From: Antedon mediterranea
Lineage: Eukaryota > Animalia > Echinodermata
Direction: 5' to 3'
Length of the DNA stretch: 64,000 bases
Assembly (NCBI RefSeq): GCF_964355755.1
Contig: NC_092670.1
Coordinates: forward strand, 24,786,795 to 24,850,794
How positions within the stretch are numbered: the first letter of the stretch is position 1; every line of letters starts with the position of its first letter. Shown in pieces: positions 12,917-25,800 of this stretch. A program made the position numbers and the translations under genes. The notes below the pieces were generated by a model. The model made no database searches and was not told the DNA's origin. It saw only the letters and a program-made list of their open reading frames with translations.

Positions 12917-15900
12917 ATGGCGGACAAAATTGATATGAGTCTTGAAGATATTATTAAGTCGAATAAATCCAGTCGTGGTGGTGGAAAACGAGGGGGTAGA
13001 GGAGGTAACAGAGGACGCGGAGGCCGAAGAAGTGGTGGAGCCGCTGGTGGACGTGGTGGCAACACAAACCGACGGGGAGGCGGAGGTCCTACTCGGCGAG
13101 GAGCCCGAGGAGGTAGTAGACCGGCGCCATATACAACTAGGGTAAGCATTTTATTTTAGACCATTTTCATATTAATTTTCTGATTATAGACGGTTTGAAT
13201 TGGCAGTCAACAACTTCATAGAATATTAGGATTATTAGGCCCTAGCTAGGCTATGTCTTGTCTCTAGCATTCTATTTTTATTTAGGCTAGGCCTAGGCTA
13301 GCCTCTTTTTAAAATTTAATTAGAATACTCTTTTTATTGTGGTAATTGAAAGTGATGACGTTGGCCAAAATGCGTACTTAGTACGTGTACTGTATTGTCT
13401 AAATTTGATAATATTCTAGGCCTAGCTAGACCAAATAGGCTAGGCTAGGCTAAATGAAACTCACTGTTTTGTTATACAAACAATGTTATACTATCTTATC
13501 AATATCATTCAATCCTGCCTTCCAGATACAATAACAATTATTATTAATATTTGCCAGCATTCACTTTGAAACAGTACTGTAGATGATGAAGAGAATACAC
13601 TGAACATTAATTACCAGAACTGTATTTTTTCTACCACCATAAGTCTAAGACATAAACAAGAGCTCGCTAGATATTCCATTAATTAATGAAATTTCAAATG
13701 ATTGGAAGTTTGCAATTTTTCCAATTACTGAATATTAATTTTAAGGTTTTTTATCACTCTTTTTACAGCCTAGAAATATGCAAGATGCCTGGGAACATGA
13801 CATGTACGAAGGTGGAGCAGCAAAAGCTAATTTAAGACGAGGCTCGGCACAACCATTAGAGGCTGGTCAGGGAAAATTATTGGTATCCAACTTGGACTTT
13901 GGTGTATCAGAATCAGATATTACAGTAAGTAAAGTACCTACACAATAATAGTCAAAACCAACAGTTCAATTCAATTGCACTTTATTTCATCCTCAAATAG
14001 AAAAATATTTCTAAATAAGGCCAAATAAAAAAATATACTTGTTAAGCGTCACACCCTCATAAATTTTCAGGGGCGGGGGGGCGGTTTTTTTTTTAAAACT
14101 TTTTATGGAGTGTAGGTGGAAAGTATGGAATGTAGGTCACAATAGGCTGCAAGTGACACCCTTGGTTAGGTGTCGCTGTTGTAATAAGGCAATTAATACA
14201 ACTGATGGCTCAAAAACTTGATAATTGGAACACTCCTCTACTATGGTGTGTGTGATCACATTTAAACTGTAACTTTGCTTTCACCATGCAAATGCTGTCA
14301 TATAGTATCTACACTATACATTGAAAAGTGATCTTTTTACTCATTTTATTTTTTTAATTTCAGGAACTGTTTGCAGATTTTGGTGTTCTGAAGAAGGCAG
14401 CCGTTCATTATGACAGATCAGGGAGAAGTCAAGGAACAGCAGATGTAATATTTGAAAGAAAAGCAGATGCTGTGAAAGCAATGAGGCAATATAACAATGT
14501 TCCACTTGATGGTATGTATTCTAGTTTGGTTGCTGATGACACAGTTTGATGGAGATCATACTGTTAATTACACTAGAACACCTTTGGAACAAACAAGAGG
14601 AAAAAATATATATCATATGTATTTGAATAAATGCCCCGCTTTGAATAAACTCCCTCCAGAGAACATTCGGAATCATCAAATAAACGCCCGTCGCATGCAT
14701 ATGCAATATTGTATTACAGCACATTTCTATTTGTAATAGAGTTAATTTATTGACATGATCTACAATTTACCAAACATTTTGATACATTTTTTACTCTATT
14801 TTATTTAATTATACATGTTGCCATATTACACCCTGGAATAAACTCCCCTCTAAAAACCCTAGTAAACAATAAATGACCTGAGGTGTTTATCCAAGTAAAT
14901 GCAGTTATTTATGTTTTGACATTGCAGCCAACCCTTATCACTTGAGGGAATACTTTTAATATCCACATTTGTCAGTTGTGGAAAACAGCGTTATCATTTT
15001 ATTTCTTCAGGTCGACCTATGAATATTCAACTAGTAACGTCAGCAGTTGAACTAAGTTCACCAAAGCCAAACATGAGTGCAAGAATGTAAGTAGTTAATG
15101 GAATAAGTTTTGTAGGTTTTATTAATTAGCCTAGCCATGTTTCAACTATCCAATTCACAAATGTGGATTTCGTAAAAGTTTATGCTCTGCCATTGAAGAT
15201 GTATTGTCTCTTTGACTAATTCCAAAAAAAATTTAACAAAAATATTTTGAAAAAAAGTGGGTCATTTTGAAGTATCATAATAGTTTCACCAAAACTTAGT
15301 AGAAACAAAATTATTTAACTGAAATACAGGAGTTTTTTGTTAAAAAAATAACTTTGACTTCCAGTCAAAGTTTTTGATCAAAGCATCTCTTCTTTGGCTA
15401 CTCTCTATGCATAATCATAAAACTTCCTCGCACTCTGTGTGAAAACACCGTCTCAACCGTGACGAGTTGTAAACAATCCTAATTAGCATCATGCATACTC
15501 GTGCTTTGAAATCTTTGTTTACTTTCGCTCGCAACGATTTTTCAGACGAAATGTATTCAAACTAATTTACCTGTTAATTATGTAAACTTGTTGTTTTTGG
15601 CTCAAATTTTCGACTTAAAGTGAATAACTTTAATATTACTTTGATATGGCTAATTTAAATTTAGAATATTTTGACCTTCATTTTTTGTGTTTCAAGGGAC
15701 AATACATCTTTAATGTTCAAGTAGTTGTTCCAGAAAGTCTCTTGTCAATAAAATCCATGTACTATTTTTTCTTAACACTTTGACTGCCAGAGGTTTTTCC
15801 AGTTAGAAACTGCCACCGCCAGCGTTTTTAGCCCAATTCGATGTTTTTATTAAAGCTGATTGAAACCATGTATGTTATCTGATTTATATGTAATTTAGAC

Positions 15901-17505
15901 TAAAATAATCATAAAGATTTTAGCTTTACAATGGTACCAAGAACGATTTTTAAATCGCAATATGTAAATCGTAATAGTAAAATGAAAGTAACCCACTTTT
16001 TGAGTTTTTCGTACTTTCGAGCAAGAAAGTCGAGATATTTGCGATTTTGAAGACATCACAATATGAAAATATCGCCCGGTGAGATCAACAAACAACCAAA
16101 AAGTTACTTACACGGCACCGATAGGCCTATAAAAACAAGTTATCACTATCGAAAAATGTATTACATTTTATAAATCATAAATCTTACATCAATGTTTCGC
16201 CAAAATCCACATAATAAAGACACCAGGCCTAAAGTTGGTCCGGAACCGTTTTACGACTAGGCCTAGGCTAGCCTTGTACTCTAGCCTAGGCCCTAGATAG
16301 TAAACTGATGATGATATCCATACCATTTCAAAACAAGTTTGTTGTGTGAAACTCTGTCACTTTCAGTAAAATACCAAAACAATTAGGGTATACATACAAT
16401 AATAAAAATTAAAGACTTCGTATTGAAAATGACTCCATTATTTTTTATTCAGATAACAAACAAACATGTCAATCCACAAAAACCTTTGTAATGCTTCGGC
16501 GGCATAGCTAGCGCGCGACCGATACACAATGCGCCAAGCCATCTCTCTACACGCTACTGTGATGCGCGGTGTTTGTTATTTCGACAGGTACCATTTTGAC
16601 AGTCGTTCGTAACCAGATTAGTTACTTTCAAATTGTAAAATATTGACGGTCCAGACCGAATATAGTGTTCATATTTATAGTATATACCAATAATTAACCT
16701 ATCTACCGGATTTCGTAAAAAAAACGCGAAAAACGAAGATCTTCGTGTTTGGCAGTCAAGCGTTGTGTTTCCAAAAACGAAGATCTTCGTGTTTGGCAGT
16801 CAAAGTGTTAAGCATTATATATATTGTTTTAAGCTTTACATGGCGAAATCAATATATAATGTTTGCTTTATTTCAAACAATACCGTAAACATTATAGTAT
16901 AAATATAAATTTTTCTCATTTCTTGCGTATATTAATTTTCCAGAGGTAGCAGCCCCCGCAATCAGAACACGAGGGGTGGGCAAAGAACTAATCGAGGAGC
17001 AGGACGTGGAAGGGGAGGACGTGGGCGAGGAAGAGGTCGTGGTGGACGTCAAAATGCACCAACACCTTCTAAAGAAGAATTAGATGCAGAGTTAGATGCC
17101 TACAATGCCCAGGTAAACAGAAACATATTATAGTTAATATTGTAGAACCTTAAGGAAGGGACGTAAGTGATGGAACATCTAAACTGTTGTATGTTATCGG
17201 CCAACTGGCTTGAGGTATGGTCACGTCCAAGTTGAAGGTTAATAGTGTGAATGGTAGAATGTTGATAATGGTTGGAAAGTTAAGATTCTGAAAAGGCTGG
17301 ATAGAATTTAGGTTTTATTTTGAACAACATTCTGATTTACATTATTATTTTTTATATATTAAAGAAGATATTATAGTAACCATTTTTAGGTGTCCTTGCC
17401 CTGTTCTCTTCACTTTTATGAATTCATAAATGCACGTGTAGCCTTTCATAGTACAAATTAATACTTAAATTTATGTTTTTATTTCCTCAGATCGATCAAA
17501 ATTAA
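12917..17505 (+). CDS. ALYREF: ALY/REF mRNA export adaptor (THO complex subunit 4), 262 aa, 6 coding exons
   Basis: Exons 12917-13141, 13769-13924, 14364-14511, 15011-15086, 16944-17112, 17491-17505; all GT-AG, phases consistent (789 nt). [20 protein letters not shown] tract, WEHD motif, RRM ([55 protein letters not shown]), [16 protein letters not shown]. Confidence 0.97.
14559..14907. mobile_element. Degenerate TcMar/pogo-type MITE in ALYREF intron 3
   Basis: Eroded ends TACTGTTAATTAC... / ...GTAAATGCAGTTA with internal AATAAAYGCCC-like repeats. Related remnants end ...AATAAATACGGTA near 32560-32767 and 33635-33841. Confidence 0.45.
15197..15709. mobile_element. Kolobok-like non-autonomous DNA transposon, copy 1 (ALYREF intron 4)
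   Basis: TIRs AGATGTATTGTCTCTT / AAGGGACAATACATCT, flanked by TTGA (15193) and TTAA (15710). The whole body is the reverse complement of the copy at 24840-25357. Superfamily inferred from TTAA plus purine termini. Confidence 0.8.
15776..16807. mobile_element. piggyBac-like MITE, 1032 bp (ALYREF intron 4)
   Basis: TTAA|CACTTTGACTGCCA ... TGGCAGTCAAAGTG|TTAA: perfect 14-bp TIRs and TTAA TSD. Duplicated subterminal palindrome AAACGAAGATCTTCGTGTTTGGCAGTCAA at the right end. Confidence 0.88.
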
Positions 17506-18913
17506 ACAAGCAAACGGGATACTGTCAGCGATTTTCAAAATGTACATAAGATAAACACAAGCAAGAAACACTAGAGCTGATGTTTGCAATGTCGTACAGA
17601 GGGCTGGTTTTAGTATAACGTTAATTGCCTAGGGTGGTGTGGGTAAACTCGGGTATCAATATCATCCATGATTTTAATTGGCTACAAAATAAATTTAATC
17701 CACTGTAAAATAATTTATTTTACTAAACAAACCCATTGAAGTTTTTGTGTATTAGCCTAGTGAATTTTTTGTTAATTCTTATTAAAATTTTACATAAATA
17801 TATACTTTCCTATTTGTATGTAGTGTTTTAAATTTTTCCAACAATATTTACAAGTTAAGATTTCATTGGTCCCTGTCAACTGTCTGATGATGGAGAACTG
17901 TAACCACTCTTGTCTATAAGTTTGAATGTAACCAGTGTTGATGTTGTCTGTCACCATCATATTTTAAAGATTTTTTTAATTCAAAATTTACCGGTATGTT
18001 AAGAACTGGTCTTATGGTGTGTATATTTTGTTCTGTTCTGCTTTATTTATGATTTATGACAAATTTACTTTACTGCAGCAGTAAACACCCATTAACCTTC
18101 AAAGCAGTTACTGACATTACTGCAGTAACTTTTTTTGCAGTTATCTGCTCTCCAACAAGGAACTTACTGCAGTATATTTATTGATGTAATCTGTTCTCCA
18201 CCAAGTTACTGCAGTGGCCAGTTGTATATAATGAAGGTACTGCAGTATACAATGGCATACTCTCTTCAATATCTTTATTTGTAGTTTTTTTAGGTTAATA
18301 CATTTCATGTTTGAACTTTTAAAGTCCTGTAAATGAAGAAATACTGTAGTAGCATTAAGAATGACGACGATTAAAAGTAACACAATGTTCTGTTTGTAAA
18401 TTTGTCTTGAATTTTAATTATTGAAGTTGTGTGTCGCAAGAAAAGTACAGTAGAACAACCTCCATTAAGGGGCACAACAATAAAGGGTTCTCTTTAAACT
18501 TGGGACCCAACGATGTAAGAAAGTGAGTTGACCAATCACGAGCGATGTGTCATAGAACCAATCTTAAATAGGAGTAGTGTCCCCTGAAATTAATAGGATT
18601 GCAAAAGTATTAAAGCATATTTATTTCATGGATCCTGAACATCTTTATCAGGTGGTGCTCAGAAATACCGGCAGGAACCCTAATTTTTTTAAACAAAATT
18701 GTAAAAATAATAGGCCATTATGTAATTTAGAATGATGTGTTTTTCCCAAAACATAGGATAGTTATACCAATATCCCACATTTTGACTGACATAACTCTGA
18801 ACACCAACAAGAAGGACCGGAATTCCGATACTTACACCAGTACCGGTACTTATTTTGTTTTCGTCTTAAAGTTTGAGGGCGCTAATACAGAACTAATCGA
18901 AAGAATATTTTCT

Positions 18914-19006
18914 ACTTCCGCCTTATAAATTGCAAGTCGGCAAAGTGAATTGGTTCAAAGATTCTCGTTTTTATTTTCGAAAAGCCTTTACATTAGGACA
19001 CTTTAG
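18914..19006 (+). promoter_or_regulatory. Putative RhoGDI promoter and non-coding first exon
   Basis: ETS-like ACTTCCGCC then TTATAAAT (~18914-18930) and a strong donor TAG|GTAAGA at 19007. The RhoGDI ATG exon is preceded by an acceptor (TTCTCTTTCAG ending 22773). Vertebrate ARHGDIA also has a non-coding exon 1. Inference. Confidence 0.45.
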
Positions 19007-19104
19007 GTAAGATGTATTAATTAATGCAGCGTTAATATAAGACAACGTTTCAATACTGTCAAATGGTTGTGCATAATTGAGCTTTAATCTTAGAATTTGC
19101 ATTT

Positions 19105-19260
19105 AAGTTTAGCCAGGAAGGCCGTGCCTTGATGGGTGACTCCATGATACGGATCCCCATGATGTGTGCTGTAGTCTTGAGTTCAAGCACTTGTTGCACT
19201 GGGTGGGTGTTGCTTAGCGCATGATGGAGATTTGCTCGTAACCATGTAGGCTACCTTTTT
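19105..19260 (+). mobile_element. Possible 5S rRNA-derived SINE remnant
   Basis: AAGTTTAGCCAGGAAGGCC..TTGATGGGTGAC..GTGCTGTAG resembles the 3' half of 5S rRNA (AAGCTAAGCAGGG..TTGGATGGGAGAC..GTGCTGTAG) but is too diverged to be a 5S gene. Confidence 0.35.
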
Positions 19261-21507
19261 CCTCCATCTAGTATAATTTATAAGGTTTTTATACTTGCTA
19301 TGTCGGTTATCAATTATATTAGTAAGTTTTAAATGTTTTCTTACTAATACTACTATTACTATAAAAAATGCACAAAGTTAGCCCTGAAAAAAGTATCACC
19401 CAACCAAATGCCAGGCTGCTGTTTTCATTTCCACCAGGTATCAACTCACCCAAGTGTTAGGTTTCTTTCTCTGATTGTTTAATTTAACTTGTCTAGTTAC
19501 TTTGCAATTTGTATTAACAGTTGTGAGTCCTTTTAATGGGTGAACTTTTTATATTAAGAATACGAATAATCGATCATCAAATAAAAGTTTTAAATACATC
19601 AATGCTATATATAATAAGACTAAGAAGCCTGTTGTCCATTAAAAATGTATTTGTTTAAAATCAAAGTGTTGACTAGCCCGCATGCATATTAATATTTTTA
19701 ACTACTTTTTGACATGAAAAAAATGTCTGCAACCAATCAGAACTCAGGAATGTTTGATTTATATATTTGCTAATGAAAAAAGGGTTAGAGGGTGCTCCTT
19801 TAAATATTATAACACAGTATTTCTTTTTTATATGGTCCAATGAACATTATAATAATACCAGTATCCATCGATTAATAATTAAAAATATTAATTGTACTTC
19901 ACCATACTTATATTATTGACTTAAATGCTATTATCAATAATAATTTAATAGTGCAAACAGACAATATGTTCTTCTATTTTCTTGTCGTTTCCTTGTTTTA
20001 TTTTATTTATTGTTTCACATTTAAAATAAAAAATGTCATGGGTAAAAGAAAACATGTCTTCAAGCTGTTTATTATTTGAATGTAGTCTGTTTTTTGGGGT
20101 TTTGGCCCTTCGCCTTGAATCCCTTCTTCCTATTTCAAAACCTGCATCCGCCATATGCTAACTTAACTTTATTATTAAAACAGTAATTCTTTAACTAAGT
20201 TACCATCATTTTTTATAAACATCTGTTAATATACATATTTTTTATTTTTAAGTATTTTAAATCTAAGTGTATATTATAAAATTTAGATTAAAGGACTATG
20301 ATAAAATCATTGTATGTTAAACATCAATAATTTGCTATTAGTTAAGAAAAGAGGGTCCACAAAAGATAAAATAATTAAATTTATAGTAGTTATTACAGTT
20401 AAGTTATATTCTTAATGTTATTATGGTCATGGTGTATTAATGACAGTACAAAGACATCCTGTTTAAAATTGGTCCCATTCTGTCTATAAATATTGTTGAA
20501 TTACTGATACCTTTCTTGAAATAAGTAATTTTGATATTAACTACAGTTTTGATTTCCGTTCGTTTGATTCATTATACTCTCGGTCTCAAAACGCTCTTGG
20601 GCCTTGTGTATGAGAGATCTAAAAAATAAAATTAACAACATGTTATGTTATGTTATGTTATGTTATTTTAGACTAAAAACTTAATACAGATGTATGAAAT
20701 ATTAAAATATAAAATTCAATTTAAAATGTAAAAAATAGAAAAGATTTTAAATGAAATGATGTACTGTAACCATTGAGGTATAGTAGTATGTTTATTCTTC
20801 AATGTAATACAATGTTGAAAGCAGGTAGACTGCTATAGGAACTGTACTGTAGCAATAACATTGTTTAGTGCACAATAAATTCAAGTATGCTATGCGTGTG
20901 AATCCTGTCTATTAGTATAAAGCCATTCTTAGGTTATTCTCTCCTAATTTGAATTATTTAAGATGAATTTATGGCAGTCTCGTTGGGAGATGAGGATTCA
21001 AAGTCAATTAGTTTGTGCATAGATTTTTAGATAGTGGGTTTCCATGACTACAATCGATAATAAAATCAAGGATGCATATCATTTTTTATGAAATCAGAAA
21101 AAGTTGTCACCAGGTAATTTCAGGTATAACTGTAACATTATTTTTTATCATTAAAAAGAATTAAGCAAAAGTTTAAAATATGTTGATATTAATGGCCCTG
21201 TAACAACATGAAATCAGCGGTAGGCCTATGTTTTGGAGTACAACAGAACTTTTTAATGGTTTTCTAAAAAGCATAAAACTTAATGTAATAAATTACGCAA
21301 GCCAAATCTTTGCCTCGATAAACTGACCTTATTCCCCATCGAGGGGAGATTGCGATGTATCCCATCTGAGAATGCAAAAACTTGCATAAAATAACACTGT
21401 CTGGGAGGGTTCTCTAAAATGTTTGAGTATGTCCTTCAAAGGCCTGTGTTGGTTTATACAAGTACACGGCACTATCAACACCACTTTTAGTTTGTGTAAT
21501 TTATTTA

Positions 21508-21840
21508 GACATTCCAATCCTCCTGATTTCCGGGATTCTCCCCAATAGTCATCCAATCTCCCGAATATTAAAACATTTCCCAAAATGTTGGTTCTTTAGA
21601 TAACATTTTTGTTATTGTTTTTTAGAAGGTTATTTATGTACATAATTACACCCGATTAGTTTTAGAATGTGCTAGGCACCTGTGGTGAACATTGAAACAC
21701 CAGTGTGTGTACAAGTATTTGAATGAGTTTAAAACGTGTCAAATCTGTTAAATGTGTCCAATATGTTAAAAACGCGTCAAATTCGTTAAAATGTGTCAAA
21801 TACGTTATCAATATGTAAACCTGAAATTATTAACTTGTAA
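21508..21840. repeat. Degenerate dispersed repeat, related to 24433-24779
   Basis: Same motif order in both copies: TTCCAA..CTGATTTC, CCGAATATTAA, GAATG..TGGTGA.CATTGAAA, repeated AAACGYRTCAAAT. The second copy has GTTCCAAC / GTTGGAAC ends. Confidence 0.55.
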
Positions 21841-22808
21841 TTAAGCATACTAGAAGCAATGTATACTACCAGTAGAATTGTTATTAAAACTGTAGTGGCA
21901 CTAGTAACGTTGCAAACAAGGTTTGATTCTGCTTCCTGTAGGATTAGTATATCCTATTGTAACATCCAACTCTGCTCTAGGGCCAACATTTACCGGTTAG
22001 TTTATTGGAGCATGCTCTGTAGTATACTGCAGTAACTGCAGCAATACTCATGTTGCATCTTAACATATATTTTCTGCAACAAATACAGTAGTCCGCAATA
22101 CAATGAATGCAGTAAAATGTTGAAATAATACATTTTTAATTTATTAAACTTTAGAAATTAAACTGCTGCAGGGCAAATTCGATTGAGTTTTGATTGAGTG
22201 AAATTGTTGCAGTTTATCAGGAAGTGAAAAAGAACTATTGTATTGTGTACTTCCTTTTAATTTGTGTGCAGCTGGTAGGATAGGACACTCCCTGTTGTTA
22301 ACAAGCCGCATTATTAAGGTTTATTTATTATTAAAAACATCCTAAATTTTTGGTAGTAATTGCGATTTATGTTGATATTAAGGATCATTATATTTCTTTA
22401 TATACAAACTGCACATTTATCTGTAATTGTACTGTATTTGTATTGTCTGTATTATTTGATTTATTTATTTATTTTAATGTTTTTTTTATACTTTAGGATC
22501 ATCTCTCACCCTGATGACTGATTTTATATATATTTTACCTTATGTAATATTTAAATAGTCAAAATAAATGTTGATTGATTGATTGATTTATATTGAATCA
22601 TAGTATACCAGGATGTTGACAGGTACAGTGTTTAATTTCATCATGCACCGCAGCACCTATATATGTCCATGATTTCATGATTGCATCCTGTCGTACAATA
22701 TTTAAAGTTTCAATTTTGCCTCAATTCTGTTAGTTAACATGTATTTTAAAACATTTTCTGCATTCTCTTTCAGTAATTTCAACTTTTTTTTTATTACCTA
22801 AAGCAGCA

Positions 22809-25800
22809 ATGGCCGAGGTTCAGGATACTCAGCATATTGACAGTGATGAGGAAGATACCCCAGGATACAAGGCACCAGCTAAGGCAACATTGGAAGAGAT
22901 TACACAGAAAGACCAAGATGATGAATCATTAATTAAATACAAAAAAACACTCTTAGGAGAAAACCTTCCAACTGACGGTATGTTGACGGTATATTTTATT
23001 AATTTTGGTTTAATCTGTTGTGAAATTTGTTTAGAAAAATGAAATATTGGGAGATTTTATCAATTCTGGTATAATCTATTTTTAATTTGTTTAAAAAAAA
23101 TGAAATATCGGGACATTTGATAAATTCTAGTTGAATCTGTTCTGAAATACAGTGTAAATTCTTGCTATATCCATCTCTGTGTTTACATATTGTAACGGTT
23201 TTTGGTACCTCCCTTGCGTATAAATGGATCAACCCGGCCCTCTAATCCAATCTATTATCAGATTAATGATTTGTGACCCGTCCCTTTTTGTCCATCTGGA
23301 GGACAGTGTTGCTAAGTATCCCATAAGAGAAAGTTGTGTTGTAGTTAAACTCCTGTAGAAAATACCTTAGACTGTTTATTGCTATTATGAGTGGTGAGTT
23401 CTATTCATAGTTGAGTTTTGTAATTGTTTGTAACTACTGTGGAGTAGCTTTGCATCAGGGTGTTGTTGGTCAGATGTTTTTGCTACAGCTCTGGCCAAAC
23501 CCAGCTTGACAGAGACAATCCGTCACAATATAAATTCCTCATTTATGTAGATTTTGAATATAATTTGTATTAAAATATTTTGATTAATTTAATAGGATCT
23601 GCGGATGGGCCTAATGTTGTGGTGTTGAAAATGTCACTATTGGCCAAGGACAGAGACCCAGTAGACGTTGATCTAACAGGTAAGCATCAACATGTACATC
23701 CCAATGTGATCAGGCAACTATACTAAGCTAAAGATGATAAGCCAACGAAATGTAAATGTTCAAAATATTAATGAAATGTTAATATTTGTCAGGGTGTGGC
23801 ATTTTATAATGTTAAATGAAGATAGTGAAGCTGGTAATAACTATTGGTGTTTTTAATTGCAGGAGACTTAACAAAGATTAAAGACAAACCATTTGTTATC
23901 AAGGAAGGTGCTGAATACCAAATTCAAGTTACATTTTCTGTAAGTAGCAGATTAAAAAAGGTTAAATTGTTATCATTTAATCAAGTAAACATTTATTTTC
24001 TTCTTTGAAGAATACAAAACATATTGAAGTAGTAATTTCAAAAAGGTAAAAAAAGAAGAGGGCAATTTAAGAGTGACATGGTCTCGGAATATTTTGAAAT
24101 ATTATAAAGTAACTGTACCTATTTGAAACAGAAAATTAGCTATTTCGTATGATATTAATTATCATATTTATCATAATTAGCAAAATAGTATTCTCATTAT
24201 CATCCTAATCATCACCATGGTTACCTCCTCATAATTGTCTTGTTTTTATTTTTAAATGTTGTTCCCAGGTGAAACGTGAAATAGTGGCTGGACTTAAGTA
24301 TTTCCAGGTAACATCTAGAAAGGGCATAAGGGGTAAGTTATTTATTTAAAAAATATCTCCCGAGAGATACATTATAAAATGTTAAAAATATATTTAAAAG
24401 TCTAAAAATAAATAATAGTCTATCAAATATCGGACGTTCCAACCCTTCTGATTTCTCTCGATCTACCGAATATTAACAAAATCTTCAGAAATTTTGGTTT
24501 TGGATAAAAACATTTTTACTGTCTAAATTGTGTTTTTTAGGGGGTTATCTCTGTATATTTAATACATAATTTCATCTGATTAGTTGCTAGAATGCATGTA
24601 CCCCTGGTGAGCATTGAAATGCTGATTGCGCGATGTTTTTGTGTCTGAAACGCATCAAATCCTTAAAAACACCACGTTAATTAAAAACACGTAAGATCTG
24701 TTAAGGAATGCATCGCATTCCGATGCATTCTTTAACAATAAGTAAACCTCCCAAAATTGTTAACTTGGGAGTTGGAACTTTTTGAAATTTGAAATGACGG
24801 GCTGAAGTTAACGCAATGTCTTATCTTTTGCAAATTTAAAGATGTATTGTCCCTTGAAACACAAAAAATAAAGGTCAAAATATTCTAAATTTAAGTTGGA
24901 TATATCAAAGTAATATTAAAGTTATTGACTTTAAGTCGAAAATTCTAGCCAAAAAACAACAAGTTTACATAATTAACAGGTAAATTAATTTGATTACATT
25001 TCGTCTGGAAAATCGTCGCTAGCGAAAGTAAACAAAGATTTCAAACCATGAGTATGCATGATGCTAATTAGGATTGTTTACAACTCGTCACGGCTGAGAA
25101 GTTGTTTTCACACAGATCACGAGGAAGTTTTATGATTATGCAGTAGCCAAACAAGCGCGTTGCATTATGAGATATGTTTTGATCGAAAACCTTTTTTAAA
25201 CAAAAAAACGTATGTATTTCAGTTAAATGATTTTTTTTTCGACTAATTTTTTGTGAAAGTTAATAACTATTATGATACTTCAAAATGACCCACTTTTTTT
25301 TTTAAATCATCTTTTTTTTTTTTTTTTTTTGTAATTCGTCAAAGGGACAATACATCTTTAAAGAACTTACTGTATGTTATGATAATGAGTTAATTTGATA
25401 AGTTATTTTAATTAGTTATAGACAATATAAAAAATAAACCTACCTCATTCGGGGAATCCATTGTTAACTGCTAAGGATATCTGGCCACAAGAAATAAAGT
25501 GGTGTGGCTGTCGCAACAATCTCTACCACACGAATCGTCAGAGGTTTCTGTCAAAAACATTGAAACATTACCAACCATACTGGTGGCTACGGCCCTGTCA
25601 GTATTGTTAAAAATTAAAGTAGCACAGTAAAAAAGGCTCAAATAATTCTATTTAATGATTATCATTTTGTTTACTTTCAGTTGACAAGTCTCAGTTCATG
25701 GTTGGAAGTTACGGACCAAAAACCGAACCTCATATATATAAAACAACACCAGACGAGGCACCGAAAGGAATGATCTCACGGGGACATTACACCGTCAAAA

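Noticed and set aside
12901-13149. Pro-rich minus-strand ORF; likewise 6217-6453, 6784-7032, 28520-28717, 40484-40777, 59119-59481
   Set aside because: Antisense shadows of real exons.
13573-13625. C/D snoRNA in ALYREF intron 1 (ATGATGA..CTGA)
   Set aside because: Too short, no terminal D box at a plausible distance, no recognisable rRNA guide.
19105-19180. Functional 5S rRNA gene
   Set aside because: Only patchy similarity to the 3' half, and the 5' half is missing; at most SINE-derived.
17506-22808. ALYREF-RhoGDI operon with SL trans-splicing
   Set aside because: The 5.3-kb gap contains a plausible promoter and cis donor (19007), so ordinary cis-splicing explains the acceptor before the RhoGDI ATG.
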